64,000 bases of DNA from a virus (Duplodnaviria > Caudoviricetes), in IMG/VR virus record IMGVR_UViG_3300033067_002106, positions 18,836 to 82,835 of that record, one strand, 5' to 3'. The notes under the pieces are model-generated. The model made no database searches and was not told the origin of the DNA. It saw only the letters and a list, made by a program, of their open reading frames with translations. Position numbers and translations under genes: made by a program. Positions 36,372 to 46,546 of the stretch are shown here, piece by piece (positions within the stretch are counted from its first letter, which is position 1; every line of letters begins with the position of its first letter).

Positions 36372-37304
36372 ATGAAGAACTATATTAGAAAACTATTAAA
36401 AGAGAATCTGATGGTAAATGCATTGGGTATTAAGGTTTCACGTCCAAACCAAGTATTGGTTATTATGAGGGGTATATCCGGTAGCGGTAAGTCCACAAAG
36501 GCTAAATCCATTGTGGGTGAAGGTGTTATACACTCAACAGATGCTTTGATTGAAGCAACTGGTGATTACAATGGTTTTTTTGCTGAGATGAACAAAACAA
36601 AAAACTTCATTGGGTTAAGCCGTATGCACTCAAAGAACTTAGCCAACGCAAAGAAATCAATGAATGAGGGTGTTTCACCTGTTGTTATTGATAACACAAA
36701 TTTGAAGGCAAATGAAGCTAAGGCTTATGTTAAATATGCTTTGGAATTGGGTTATGCTGATGACAATATCAAGATTATTGATGTTGGTACTGGTGGTTTA
36801 ACAGCTGAAGGGTTGGCTGCAAGAAACCAACATGGTGTTCCATTGGAAAAAATAGAACAAATGGTTAAGTCACATAAGAGTGTCGGACCACTCACACTTA
36901 AAAGGATATTGGAGTCCAAGGATATGTATCCAAACTCTGATATCCTTTATTCAGCGGTTGTTTTGGATGAAAAATCAAGAAGCAAACTACTTGCAGCGTA
37001 TGGTAAAAATATTCCTTCCGGTTGGGATGTAATTGCTCATCACATGACAATTGCTTTTGGCAAACCAGTAAAGAATGAAGAAGACTTGGGCAAAACCGTA
37101 TGTCTTAGAGTTACAAAGGTTGGCGCTAGCGATATGGCATATGCTGTTCAGGTTGAAGGATATCCATCAAACAACGCTATTCCACATATTACCTTGGCCA
37201 TCAATCCAGATGGTGGAAAAGCGATGATGTCTAACGACATAACTAATTGGATGTCAACGAAGGGTATTGAAGTTTGTGGTGTTGTGACAAATATCAAGAA
37301 ATAA
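36372..37304 (+). CDS. Polynucleotide kinase (AAA_33) plus 2H cyclic phosphodiesterase fusion
   Basis: GISGSGKST; DNTN; HMT and HIT 2H motifs. Confidence 0.75.
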   Translation: MKNYIRKLLKENLMVNALGIKVSRPNQVLVIMRGISGSGKSTKAKSIVGEGVIHSTDALIEATGDYNGFFAEMNKTKNFIGLSRMHSKNLANAKKSMNEGVSPVVIDNTNLKANEAKAYVKYALELGYADDNIKIIDVGTGGLTAEGLAARNQHGVPLEKIEQMVKSHKSVGPLTLKRILESKDMYPNSDILYSAVVLDEKSRSKLLAAYGKNIPSGWDVIAHHMTIAFGKPVKNEEDLGKTVCLRVTKVGASDMAYAVQVEGYPSNNAIPHITLAINPDGGKAMMSNDITNWMSTKGIEVCGVVTNIKK

Positions 37305-37350
37305 ATTTGTAAGGGGCGATTCTTTTACGTATATTTGCTAAAATTACTCT

Positions 37351-37719
37351 ATGAATAATGAAGCAAGAAGAATCGATTTAAGTACCAAACTTCGTCAGAT
37401 GGGGGACTCCCTAATGAACGAATCCAATGTTTCTGGTGATGAAAATCTCTTGATAACTGGAAATCTTATGGGCTTTATAAGTACTCTTATCCTTTTTGAT
37501 GAGGATATAAGAAGTTTTAGTTTATTAAGTGAAATGTTTTCAGCAAAAAGGGTTTTGGATTCAATGTTACATGGGATTCCTGATAATATATCTCCGGCAG
37601 TAGCTGCGCATATACAAGAATCTGCTGATAAACTTGAAGAAAAACTTGGTGTTAAAAAGAAAAGAGCCCCTAGGAAAAAAAAGAATGACAATTCTAAGGG
37701 TGAAGAACCAACACCTTAA
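37351..37719 (+). CDS. Hypothetical protein
   Basis: 122-aa ORF after promoter. Confidence 0.7.
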   Translation: MNNEARRIDLSTKLRQMGDSLMNESNVSGDENLLITGNLMGFISTLILFDEDIRSFSLLSEMFSAKRVLDSMLHGIPDNISPAVAAHIQESADKLEEKLGVKKKRAPRKKKNDNSKGEEPTP

Positions 37720-37745
37720 AATTTTTGTGGTTTAAAACCACAAAT

Positions 37746-37774
37746 GCATCAGTAGCTCAGTTGGATAGAGCACA
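37746..37774 (+). pseudogene. tRNA 5'-half remnant
   Basis: gcatcag-ta-gctc-agttggata-gagc; pairs with remnant at 38321-27. Confidence 0.75.
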
Positions 37775-37807
37775 TAATTAGTTCTTTGATATATTGGAAA
37801 GATTTAG

Positions 37808-37881
37808 GGTCTTGTAGCATAATTGGATAATTCAACTGCCTTCTAAGCAGTAGACTACAGGTTCGAATCCTGTCGGGACTA
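37808..37881 (+). tRNA. tRNA-Arg(TCT), cassette-borne
   Basis: actgc-ctTCTaa-gcagt; weak D stem. Confidence 0.8.
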
Positions 37882-38238
37882 CATTAAATGATGTCTAATT
37901 CTGTGGCAATTTGAGCACAGTAAAACACATTTATCTAACTCTTTTGTAATTTGATTCCACGGTCTTAAACGTAATCTATTCCAGTCAAAATCTTTCTCGG
38001 ATGGAGTAATATGATGAAAATCAAATATTACATAAGGCATTTCTGGGTAAGTTACCTGACAATCTACGCATGAACAACCCTTATATTCAATAGCTTTAAT
38101 TTTTTGGTTAATCCATCGTTGAATACAATATTTATTGTGACATTTCTTACATTTTGAAGCACCACTTTTTCTATCTTTTTGATGATAAAACTCAGATATT
38201 GATTTAGTTAAATTACAAACAGTACATATTTTCTCCAT
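37879..38238 (-). mobile_element. HNH homing endonuclease
   Basis: CTVC...CKKC; CVDC; FDFHH; KCVLLCSNCHR. Confidence 0.8.
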
Positions 38239-38287
38239 ATTAATAAATATATGGAAAGAAGCCAAAAATCTATCCAATATATTAAAA

Positions 38288-38331
38288 TTCTAAGTTTGGG
38301 GTCATAGGTTCGAATCCTATCTGGTGTACCA
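38288..38331 (+). pseudogene. tRNA-Arg(TCT) 3'-half remnant with CCA
   Basis: tTCTaa-gtttg-gggtc-atagg-ttcgaat-cctat-ctggtgt-acca. Confidence 0.75.
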
Positions 38332-38341
38332 AACCTATTTT

Positions 38342-38584
38342 ATGAAAACATTCATCGAATGGTTGGTAGATAAAACCAACGAAGATGACCTACCGTTTGA
38401 CATGTCAAAAGATGATGTTATAACTTGGGTTAAGAACATTCAAGAGATACTTATCTCTGATGAAAAGAAGCCTTATATGGGACGGCATTACGGTGATTGT
38501 ACGAAACAAAATATTCCTTGCCAACTTTGTTTATATTTGAATTGGTTGGTAGACTATAAAGAATATTGTATATCGATTATATAA
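38342..38584 (+). CDS. Hypothetical protein
   Basis: 80-aa ORF; HxGDC...CxxC. Confidence 0.65.
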   Translation: MKTFIEWLVDKTNEDDLPFDMSKDDVITWVKNIQEILISDEKKPYMGRHYGDCTKQNIPCQLCLYLNWLVDYKEYCISII

Positions 38585-38596
38585 ATAATTAAACAC

Positions 38597-38932
38597 ATGT
38601 TGGACCCACGAACATTTGGCGGCTCAAGAGCGGCTGAAGTTTTGGTTGAAAGATTGAAAGCTCACGACTCAAAAATGATTAATAAGGTTGGTCATATTTG
38701 GGTTTCTTATAGTCAAACTTTTAACGAAATAAAAAAGTTAGACAGCAGGATTTCAATCGGGTTAGCCAAATTGGTATATCATAATGCAATAGGAAAGGCT
38801 GATACCTTTCCTGATGATATTAAAACTTATTTTAAAAACATAATCAGTGCTCGTTATAGGGTTTTTCTAATTGAAAGGGACGCACACAAACCTTATAAAC
38901 ATAGGGCGGATTATCCGGCAAAACAAAAATAA
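38597..38932 (+). CDS. Hypothetical protein
   Basis: 111-aa ORF. Confidence 0.65.
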   Translation: MLDPRTFGGSRAAEVLVERLKAHDSKMINKVGHIWVSYSQTFNEIKKLDSRISIGLAKLVYHNAIGKADTFPDDIKTYFKNIISARYRVFLIERDAHKPYKHRADYPAKQK

Positions 38933-38933
38933 C

Positions 38934-40040
38934 ATGTTAGCAATAATCAGATACATAAAGACACATGGCCTAGCTAAGGCTATTGAAACTTTCAAACTCA
39001 AGACTAGAGTCTATGAGAAGAAAATTCTATTGAACTATGACCAAATAGAATCCAATATGTCCTTCGAGGAAGTTCAAGACTGTCGTGGTCTTATTCTTGA
39101 AAGAGATACATGGAAGGTTATGTCCATGTCATTCAGAAAGTTCTTCAACCATGGTGAAGGAAATGCTGCAACAATTGATTGGAATACCGCACGTGTACTT
39201 GAAAAGGTAGACGGAACGATGATTCAACTTTATTGGGATTGGCATAAGAACGAATGGTTTGCGGCAACAACTGGTATGGCTGAGGCAGAGGGAGAGGTCA
39301 ATAATATCGAGAAAACTACTTTTAGTTTATTGTTTTGGAACACAGTTAAACTAGACAAAAATAAGTTGGATAAAGATTTAACCTATGTCTTCGAGCTATG
39401 CACACCAGAAAATATTGTTGTAACACCACACACTGAATATAAGGCTATTTTATTAGCGGTTAGAAATAAAATTTCACTAAAGGAAATGTCATATTCAGAA
39501 CTTGAATCCGTTAGTCAAGTATTGTCAATTCCATTGGTCAAGTCAATCGAGATGACATTTACTTCTGTTGAGGATATAAAGAAGACATTTGAAAATATGC
39601 CATTTAGCGAAGAAGGTTATATCATTATTGATGCTAATTTTAATCGTATCAAGATTAAGAATCCAGCATATGTTGCCGCACATATATTAAAAGGAAAGTC
39701 TGGATTTCATCACATCATGGATATTATTAAAACAAATGAAGTTGAGGAATATGTCGCAACATTTCCAAACAGAAAGGATGAAATCTTGAAACTTAAAGTA
39801 AATTACGACAACTTAATAAATCGGTTAACCAATTTGTGGAGTATACTGATAAAAGAAACACCTAAGAATGATGGTAAAACACAAAAAGGTTACGCTGAAT
39901 CAGTATTTAAACTTACAAGTGAGCATGGGCTAAAATGTTTTTCGGGTTTGTTCTTTAATTTGGCAAACGATAAAGTATCAAACATTGATGAGTTTGTCTC
40001 TAACTTTGATAATAAGATTCTATATGAACTACTTCGGTAG
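38934..40040 (+). CDS. RNA ligase (T4 Rnl1-like)
   Basis: CRGLIL; KFFN; EKVDGT; FEL; EEGYII; KIKN. Confidence 0.8.
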   Translation: MLAIIRYIKTHGLAKAIETFKLKTRVYEKKILLNYDQIESNMSFEEVQDCRGLILERDTWKVMSMSFRKFFNHGEGNAATIDWNTARVLEKVDGTMIQLYWDWHKNEWFAATTGMAEAEGEVNNIEKTTFSLLFWNTVKLDKNKLDKDLTYVFELCTPENIVVTPHTEYKAILLAVRNKISLKEMSYSELESVSQVLSIPLVKSIEMTFTSVEDIKKTFENMPFSEEGYIIIDANFNRIKIKNPAYVAAHILKGKSGFHHIMDIIKTNEVEEYVATFPNRKDEILKLKVNYDNLINRLTNLWSILIKETPKNDGKTQKGYAESVFKLTSEHGLKCFSGLFFNLANDKVSNIDEFVSNFDNKILYELLR

Positions 40041-40463
40041 TTCATTTTTTTTGATAACCCTATTAATATAACTACATAGTGGTTGGAGATTAGTATAATG
40101 GTTTAATCGGATTATATCCTCTTCTGTTTTTGCAGAGGATAATGGTATTATATGGTCAAGGTCCCATCCATAGCCCTCAGTACCATTATATAGTCCATGG
40201 TTTCCCCAGTTCATCCAAGGCTCAAATTTGGATTCAATCCGTTTTTTAAGTTCTTCAAAAGAACATCCTATAATACTTAATGTTTTCGAAGTTTTTGATA
40301 AGGAATTTTGTTTAAAAGCTTTAATTATTGATAATCTAATTTTATTTTTTAATTTGAATAAGGCATCAGTTTTAATCTTTTTTCTGTAATGCTCTCGTCT
40401 TTTTTTATTTATTGCGTCTTTATTATTTTTATCATACGTTATATTCTGAGAGTCGAAAAACAT
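40029..40463 (-). mobile_element. HNH endonuclease, probably N-terminally truncated
   Basis: WDLDHIIPLS...NHYTNLQPLC. Confidence 0.7.
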
Positions 40464-40486
40464 GGCCTGAGATACCGTATCTTGAA

Positions 40487-40891
40487 ATGGCTAAGAAGTT
40501 AGAGAAAAGACCTGATTGGATTGTCGGTGACTTTGGTTGTGGTGAGAATCTGATGGCCAAAGAAATAAAGAATAAGGTTTATGCTTTTGACCACATTGCG
40601 ATTGATGATTCGGTTACCGCTTGTGATATCGCTAGGGTACCGCTTCAGGACGCATCCTTGGACGTTGCAGTATTTTCCTTATCGCTTATGGGTAGCAATT
40701 ATTTGGACTACTTAAAAGAGGCGTATAGGGTTCTGAGACCATATGGAAAAATATTTGTATGTGAACCAGCAAACAAGTGGGGTGAAAACGGTGAGGAATT
40801 GAAAGAAGTACTTGAAAGTGTTGGTTTTAAGTGTTTTGGTGCGGTTAAAAATACGGATAAGTTCGTATATGTTTACGGGGATAAAAATTAA
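40487..40891 (+). CDS. Rrp8-like SAM methyltransferase domain, probably 5'-truncated
   Basis: VGDFGCGE; CDIARVPL; DVAVFSLSLMGSN. Confidence 0.7.
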   Translation: MAKKLEKRPDWIVGDFGCGENLMAKEIKNKVYAFDHIAIDDSVTACDIARVPLQDASLDVAVFSLSLMGSNYLDYLKEAYRVLRPYGKIFVCEPANKWGENGEELKEVLESVGFKCFGAVKNTDKFVYVYGDKN

Positions 40892-40941
40892 TTTTGAATT
40901 GATTGATATTTTACGTATATTTGCATTTCTCAACATAAATA

Positions 40942-41205
40942 ATGGATAAAAATAATCTAAATTTTTTAAGGAATAGCCGACCACATAATTTGGTTTTGGG
41001 TGAAGATTACATTGTTTGGTATGGGCAAAAACCGGAACTCTGCAAGTTCATTCAACCAACCGAAAAGGGGTTTAATTTCCTTAATTTAGATACATCAAAA
41101 TGCATTCTTAAAAGACATCTCTATCCTTCAAAAAAAATCGGTACCGGAAGTACATTTTTTATTCATTCTTTCATTTCAATTCTCAAACATCAAAAAGTAG
41201 CATAA
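40942..41205 (+). CDS. Hypothetical protein
   Basis: 87-aa ORF after promoter. Confidence 0.65.
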   Translation: MDKNNLNFLRNSRPHNLVLGEDYIVWYGQKPELCKFIQPTEKGFNFLNLDTSKCILKRHLYPSKKIGTGSTFFIHSFISILKHQKVA

Positions 41206-41996
41206 TGAAGTTCAAAAACACATTATCTGAAAATAATCTTTATGGTAATATAGCCGTCTATTCGCCGGATATGGATTTTATGTTTTATTGTAATCAGAGG
41301 AAACTTAATTTTTATATCAAGAACAATTTAATCAAAGAGATTGGTGAAGATAAGTTTCAACTTACCTTCAAACCAAGTGGTTTAGGACATTCCGATACAG
41401 ATAGTCTTTGTGGATTTGGTATCAAAAGCAAACGTGAAAATATGTGTGTTGTAACGGGGAAAACAAATAACCTAACAAAGCACCATATTGTTCCCACTTT
41501 TTTCAGAAAACATCTTCCGACCAAATACAAATGTTCTTATTTATTGGTCGTTTTGATAGAAGCAAATGAGCATCGTCGGTATACAATTGAAGAACAAAAA
41601 TTCTATAACGTATTGGCCGAAAAATATGGTGTTGAAAAATGGGAAATTGAAAGGAACGCTCAAAATAGACGACCAAACAATATTGCATATGCTCTGCTTA
41701 GCTATGCTTCGGCAATACCTGAAGAAACACAAGCAAACTTAAGGGTTGAGTTCAAAGAATTAACAGGCTTAGAAGCGACTGAAGAAAACTTAACCGAATA
41801 TAACACAAAAAAAGCCAAGAAGGGTTCCAATGATTTATTTGGGGCTAAGCTTGTTGCCAAGATAACAGATTTTGAAGAATTTGAAAAGATTTGGTTGAAT
41901 CATTTTATTGAAACAACCAAACCAAACTTTTTACCTGAAGATATTATTCTAAAATATAAACCAAAACAATACAATGACTATCAAACAAATTTTTGA
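41205..41996 (+). CDS. HNH-like protein resembling the EXD2 C-terminal domain
   Basis: LYGN...SPD...RK..FY; L.FKPSG; ENMCVVTG; HHIVP..FRKHLP. Confidence 0.55.
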   Translation: MKFKNTLSENNLYGNIAVYSPDMDFMFYCNQRKLNFYIKNNLIKEIGEDKFQLTFKPSGLGHSDTDSLCGFGIKSKRENMCVVTGKTNNLTKHHIVPTFFRKHLPTKYKCSYLLVVLIEANEHRRYTIEEQKFYNVLAEKYGVEKWEIERNAQNRRPNNIAYALLSYASAIPEETQANLRVEFKELTGLEATEENLTEYNTKKAKKGSNDLFGAKLVAKITDFEEFEKIWLNHFIETTKPNFLPEDIILKYKPKQYNDYQTNF

Positions 41997-43356
41997 TGAA
42001 ATAGCAAATGAATCTTCAACCAATAAAAAGATGGAGATTCTTGGTAAGTATAAAGATAATGACCAGCTCAAACGGGTCTTATATCTGGCAAACTCAAAAC
42101 GGGTAAAGTTCTATATCAAACAAATACCAAGCTATACCAAAGCCATGCTTACACATGACTTAAGTGATGCGTTGGATGCCCTTTCACAGTTAAGTGAAAG
42201 AACGCTTACTGGTAATGCCGCTAACACACACTTAGCCGCTGTTCTATCCCTTTGTGAACCTGATGATGCTTATATCATTGAGCGTATCATCGAAAAGGAT
42301 TGTAAGATTGGTATGGGCACATCCAATATGAACAAGGTATTCCCTAAGCTCATTGAAGATACCCCTTATATGGGTGCAAAATCCTTCAGCGAAGACCTTG
42401 CAAAGAAAATTTTTAAGGATGGGCCCGCTTATAGCCAAATCAAAATGGATGGCCGTTATTGCAATGCAATTATCCGTTCTGGAGAGGTTGATTTGGAAAG
42501 CCGTCAAGGTGAGCCAACAATCCTTACAGGTGCCAAATTTTTGGAAGAACTATCAAGAGTAAATGATTGTGTGCTTAATGGTGAGTTAACGATGAACAAC
42601 ATTTCACGTTATGAAAGCAATGGTATTATCGCCTCATTAATTAGTATTGGTAAAAAACGAGCGGATGGCGAAGATGTAACTAAAGAAATCGCCAAGTTTG
42701 AAGAAAAACATATGGGTTATCAAAAAGCGCTTGATAAGATTGTCTTCACAATCTGGGATAGAATTACCGTCGACGAATATTTTGAAGTTAAATCAACAGT
42801 CCCATATAATGTTAGATTTGATGCAGTTGTTGAATTGGTAACATATGTTGCTGAGCCATTCACAAACCTAGCATTCGTTGAAACATATAGGGTTGATACA
42901 TATGAGGACGCAATTGCACATTTCCAAGATGCATTGGCGAGAGGTGAAGAAGGAACAATCTTAAAATCACGCAAGGGTATGTGGAAGGATGGTAAGCCCA
43001 ACTGGCAGGTTAAGATGAAACTCGAAATGGATGTGGACCTTAAGATTGTTGGGTTCAATTACGGTACAGGTAAAAACGCAAATGTAATTTCAAGTGTAAA
43101 TGCTGTATCATCCGATGGTAAAGTTTTTACCCGACCAACGGGTATTGATGAGGAAACAATGCAATACATTACCGACAATCAGGATAAATTGCGTGATACT
43201 ATTCTTGAGGTTAAATGTTGTGGATTATCTAGCGATTCTGATGGAAATTATTCACTCTTACATCCTGTATTTAAGAAGCTCAGGGATGATAAAAACACTT
43301 GCGATAGTCTTGAGTCAATCAAGGATATTGAAGCAATGGCCAAGGGGTTAAAATAG
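41974..43356 (+). CDS. ATP-dependent DNA ligase
   Basis: QIKMDGRYC; LNGEL; EEGTILK; KMK; OB fold LLHPVF...R.DK. Confidence 0.9.
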   Translation: MTIKQIFDEIANESSTNKKMEILGKYKDNDQLKRVLYLANSKRVKFYIKQIPSYTKAMLTHDLSDALDALSQLSERTLTGNAANTHLAAVLSLCEPDDAYIIERIIEKDCKIGMGTSNMNKVFPKLIEDTPYMGAKSFSEDLAKKIFKDGPAYSQIKMDGRYCNAIIRSGEVDLESRQGEPTILTGAKFLEELSRVNDCVLNGELTMNNISRYESNGIIASLISIGKKRADGEDVTKEIAKFEEKHMGYQKALDKIVFTIWDRITVDEYFEVKSTVPYNVRFDAVVELVTYVAEPFTNLAFVETYRVDTYEDAIAHFQDALARGEEGTILKSRKGMWKDGKPNWQVKMKLEMDVDLKIVGFNYGTGKNANVISSVNAVSSDGKVFTRPTGIDEETMQYITDNQDKLRDTILEVKCCGLSSDSDGNYSLLHPVFKKLRDDKNTCDSLESIKDIEAMAKGLK

Positions 43357-43445
43357 TCCTTTTTTTAGTTAAAAATAAATTTGGATAGAAATCAAATTCT
43401 TCGTATATTTGTCTTTCAATATTACATAATTAAACACAAAAAACA

Positions 43446-44009
43446 ATGAAAATCGGAAATTTCCAAGTACCAAATTTTTTAAAATGGTTAGTCCTTATTG
43501 GTCTGCCCCTTCTCTTCATTATTTCGACATATGCTTCGTTTAATAACCGTGAGGTTGATTTACGAACCACGTTTGAAATGCAAATGAAGAATCGTACCGC
43601 CCTGTTTGATAAGATGTGGAAAGTAATTTCCCAAAAGGCTCAGATTACCAAAGCGTATGACTCATCATTTCTTCGTATCGTACAGGCTGCGATGGACCCT
43701 CGTAAAGACGGTGCCGGAATCATGATGAAATGGGTTAAGGAAAGCAACCCAACCTTACAAGCCAACACAGTACAAGAGCTTTATAAAGACCTTGGACGTA
43801 CAATTGAGAGTGAGCGTAACGGCTTTTTCGAACGTGAAGAAACACTCGCATCTATTCAGCAACAACACTCTAAGTTTTTAAGAAGTTTTCCAAACAACCT
43901 GTATAATGTTTTTATGGGTCGGAAAGAATTGAATTACAATCCGATTTCATCCGATAAGACCGACGATGTTATGCGAACTGGTAAGGACAACGATACAAAA
44001 GTTTTTTAA
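43446..44009 (+). CDS. LemA-like membrane-anchored protein
   Basis: N-terminal TM; coiled coil; SFPNNLY. Confidence 0.5.
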   Translation: MKIGNFQVPNFLKWLVLIGLPLLFIISTYASFNNREVDLRTTFEMQMKNRTALFDKMWKVISQKAQITKAYDSSFLRIVQAAMDPRKDGAGIMMKWVKESNPTLQANTVQELYKDLGRTIESERNGFFEREETLASIQQQHSKFLRSFPNNLYNVFMGRKELNYNPISSDKTDDVMRTGKDNDTKVF

Positions 44010-44045
44010 TCAAAAGGGGCCTAGCCCCTTTTAAAATTTACCTTC

Positions 44046-45251
44046 ATGATAATTTGGTTTGCAATGTTACTCCCATTTATTGGGTGTGCAATAGCATATA
44101 AGCTTTGGAGAAACAAATTTGTTTGGTGGGAATTAACCTTACCTACGATTTTGTCATTTCTTTTTATATTGATTACAAAGTTCAGTGTTGAAAGTTCAAT
44201 GCTTTCCGATACTCAATATAAGGGTGGAATGATAGTTGAGGCCAGATATTACGAATACTGGTCAACATGGGTACATAAAATATGTTCAGAACAATATGCT
44301 TGTGGAACGTATACAACTGGTACTGGTAACAATAGAACAACACATACCAGATATTGCACAAGATATTATGATTGCTCATATTGTGATAGAAATGACCCAT
44401 ATTGGGTTGTTTTGGATGACCAAGGCCACACATGGAGAATAAGTGAAAACGAATACAATCGCCTTAGAATTCAGTGGAAAGCAGCACCACAATTTGTTGA
44501 ACTTAATCGAAATATCAATTACCATGGTACTTGTGGTCAAGATGGTAACATGTATTCTATTAAATGGGATGGGGGAATGTTAACATCAGAATCATCAACA
44601 TGGGAATCAACATATGAAAACCATGTTCAGGTTTCAAAATCAAATTTTGACCTCAGAGATGTTTCTAAATCGGAAGCTAAAAAATATGGACTATACGACT
44701 ATCCAAATGTCAACACATATTATCAAACAAGCATATTAGGTATTGATAGTCTTACGTTTTTACAACCTAGTTATAAACTTGGTGCTGTTAAAATGTTTGA
44801 TTATTTTAACGGTGTATATGGGCCTAAACGAAAAATAAGGGTATTTGTTCTTCTGTTTAATGATAAACCGTTCGATGTTGCCATCAAACAAAAAAATTAT
44901 TGGGATGGTGGAAATAAGAATGAGGTTGTTATTTGTATTGACGTTAATAAAACCACTGGTAAATTAAATTGGGTTTATCCATTTACGTGGGGGGAGAATA
45001 AACGTATATCGATTGATTTACGAGAAGATATAATGAATCTTAATACGTTGAATTTTACCCAGATGTATCACATTGTTGATTCGGCCACGGTTAATTTTAC
45101 ATACAGAGATTTTAAACAATTCAATTATCTCTCAGTGGACCCGCCAACATGGGAAGTGTGGTTGGTATATTTGATGACAGCGATTATAACGGTTGGAATG
45201 TTGTATTATGGTTATCAGAACGAATTTGAAACAGAATCTGAAACAAATTAG
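44046..45251 (+). CDS. Membrane protein with Cys-rich region and TPM-like domain
   Basis: N- and C-terminal TMs; YWDGGNKNEVVICI. Confidence 0.55.
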   Translation: MIIWFAMLLPFIGCAIAYKLWRNKFVWWELTLPTILSFLFILITKFSVESSMLSDTQYKGGMIVEARYYEYWSTWVHKICSEQYACGTYTTGTGNNRTTHTRYCTRYYDCSYCDRNDPYWVVLDDQGHTWRISENEYNRLRIQWKAAPQFVELNRNINYHGTCGQDGNMYSIKWDGGMLTSESSTWESTYENHVQVSKSNFDLRDVSKSEAKKYGLYDYPNVNTYYQTSILGIDSLTFLQPSYKLGAVKMFDYFNGVYGPKRKIRVFVLLFNDKPFDVAIKQKNYWDGGNKNEVVICIDVNKTTGKLNWVYPFTWGENKRISIDLREDIMNLNTLNFTQMYHIVDSATVNFTYRDFKQFNYLSVDPPTWEVWLVYLMTAIITVGMLYYGYQNEFETESETN

Positions 45252-45460
45252 AAAGACCAAATATATTGAAATGAAAAAAACATATTATTGGTTTTTTAAA
45301 AATGTTATACAGAGGATAACAGGGTATATTATAAATAAAACTAGCCTAACCCAAAAGGGGTTAAAAAAGACAATGAGAATTTATGAGAAATCAAAGTAAC
45401 CAAAGGGTAAAAACTTGATTTTTTGATAAAAAATCGTATATTAGTATAAATAAGATTAAC

Positions 45461-46528
45461 ATGAAAAAGCATATTTCATATCCTTCTATTGAACAATTCA
45501 GAAATATTATTGCAACCGTAAATCGAGAAGCCAACTTTGTTGGATTGGATGAAAACGGTGATGCAATTTATGATACTTCAAAACCGAAGCCTGTCCTTAC
45601 ATTTAAAGGAACAATCAAACTCCATGGTACAAACTTTGGGGTGAGCTATAACTCAATTGAGGGAATGTGGGCACAATCAAAAGAAAATATTATCACACCA
45701 CAAAATGATAATGCAGGTTCAGCCTTCTTTGTTGAAACGAATAAGGATGCATTCCAACAGCTATTTGCTGAAGTGGCTGAGAAATACAATATTGATACTA
45801 CAACCAATACCATCTCTATCTATGGAGAATGGGCTGGTAAGGGTATTCAAAAGGGTGTTGCTATTTCAAATATTGAAAAGTCAATGTTCATCTTTGGTGT
45901 AAAGATTACACCCTTCCCTAAGGGTGAAGACGACAAAACACCAGCATATTGGGTTGATTCTTCATTCTTGAGAAACCCAGAGAAAAGAATTTATAACATT
46001 GAGGACTTCAAGACATATTCAATTGATATTGATTTCAATCTACCACAACTGGCGCAAAATAGAATTATTGAAATGACAATTGAGGTTGAAGATGAATGCC
46101 CCGTTTCAAAAGAGTTGGGACATATCGGTATTGGTGAAGGAATTGTTTTTTCACACATGACATCAAAAGGTAAGGTTTATCGTTTCAAGTCAAAGGGTGA
46201 AAAACACAGCAAAGCATCAAAGGTAACCACTCTTAAACCAGTTGATGATGTTAAGCTTAACAAGATTATCGAAATTGTTAATAAGGTTACACCGGATTGG
46301 AGACTTGAACAAATGTTGGATAAAACATTCGACCTAATTAATGGTGGGAAAATTGATATCAAGCAGATGGGAATGTTTATCAAGAACGTAATGGGTGATA
46401 TCCTTAAGGAAGAATCCGATATTCTTGCTGAGGCTGGCCTTGAACCAAAGGATATTAGTGGTAAGGTTGCAGAAAGGTCCAAAAATTATTTTTTTGCAAA
46501 ACAAAATGAGGCTGTTGGCCTTAATTAA
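45461..46528 (+). CDS. RNA ligase (Rnl2-like)
   Basis: KLHGTN; GEWAG; GEGIV; FKSKGEKH. Confidence 0.75.
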   Translation: MKKHISYPSIEQFRNIIATVNREANFVGLDENGDAIYDTSKPKPVLTFKGTIKLHGTNFGVSYNSIEGMWAQSKENIITPQNDNAGSAFFVETNKDAFQQLFAEVAEKYNIDTTTNTISIYGEWAGKGIQKGVAISNIEKSMFIFGVKITPFPKGEDDKTPAYWVDSSFLRNPEKRIYNIEDFKTYSIDIDFNLPQLAQNRIIEMTIEVEDECPVSKELGHIGIGEGIVFSHMTSKGKVYRFKSKGEKHSKASKVTTLKPVDDVKLNKIIEIVNKVTPDWRLEQMLDKTFDLINGGKIDIKQMGMFIKNVMGDILKEESDILAEAGLEPKDISGKVAERSKNYFFAKQNEAVGLN

Positions 46529-46546
46529 TTATATAAAAAATCAACT

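Noticed and set aside
45271-45399. 42-aa ORF after the TPM-like gene
   Set aside because: Short, AT-rich, with no motif; not called.
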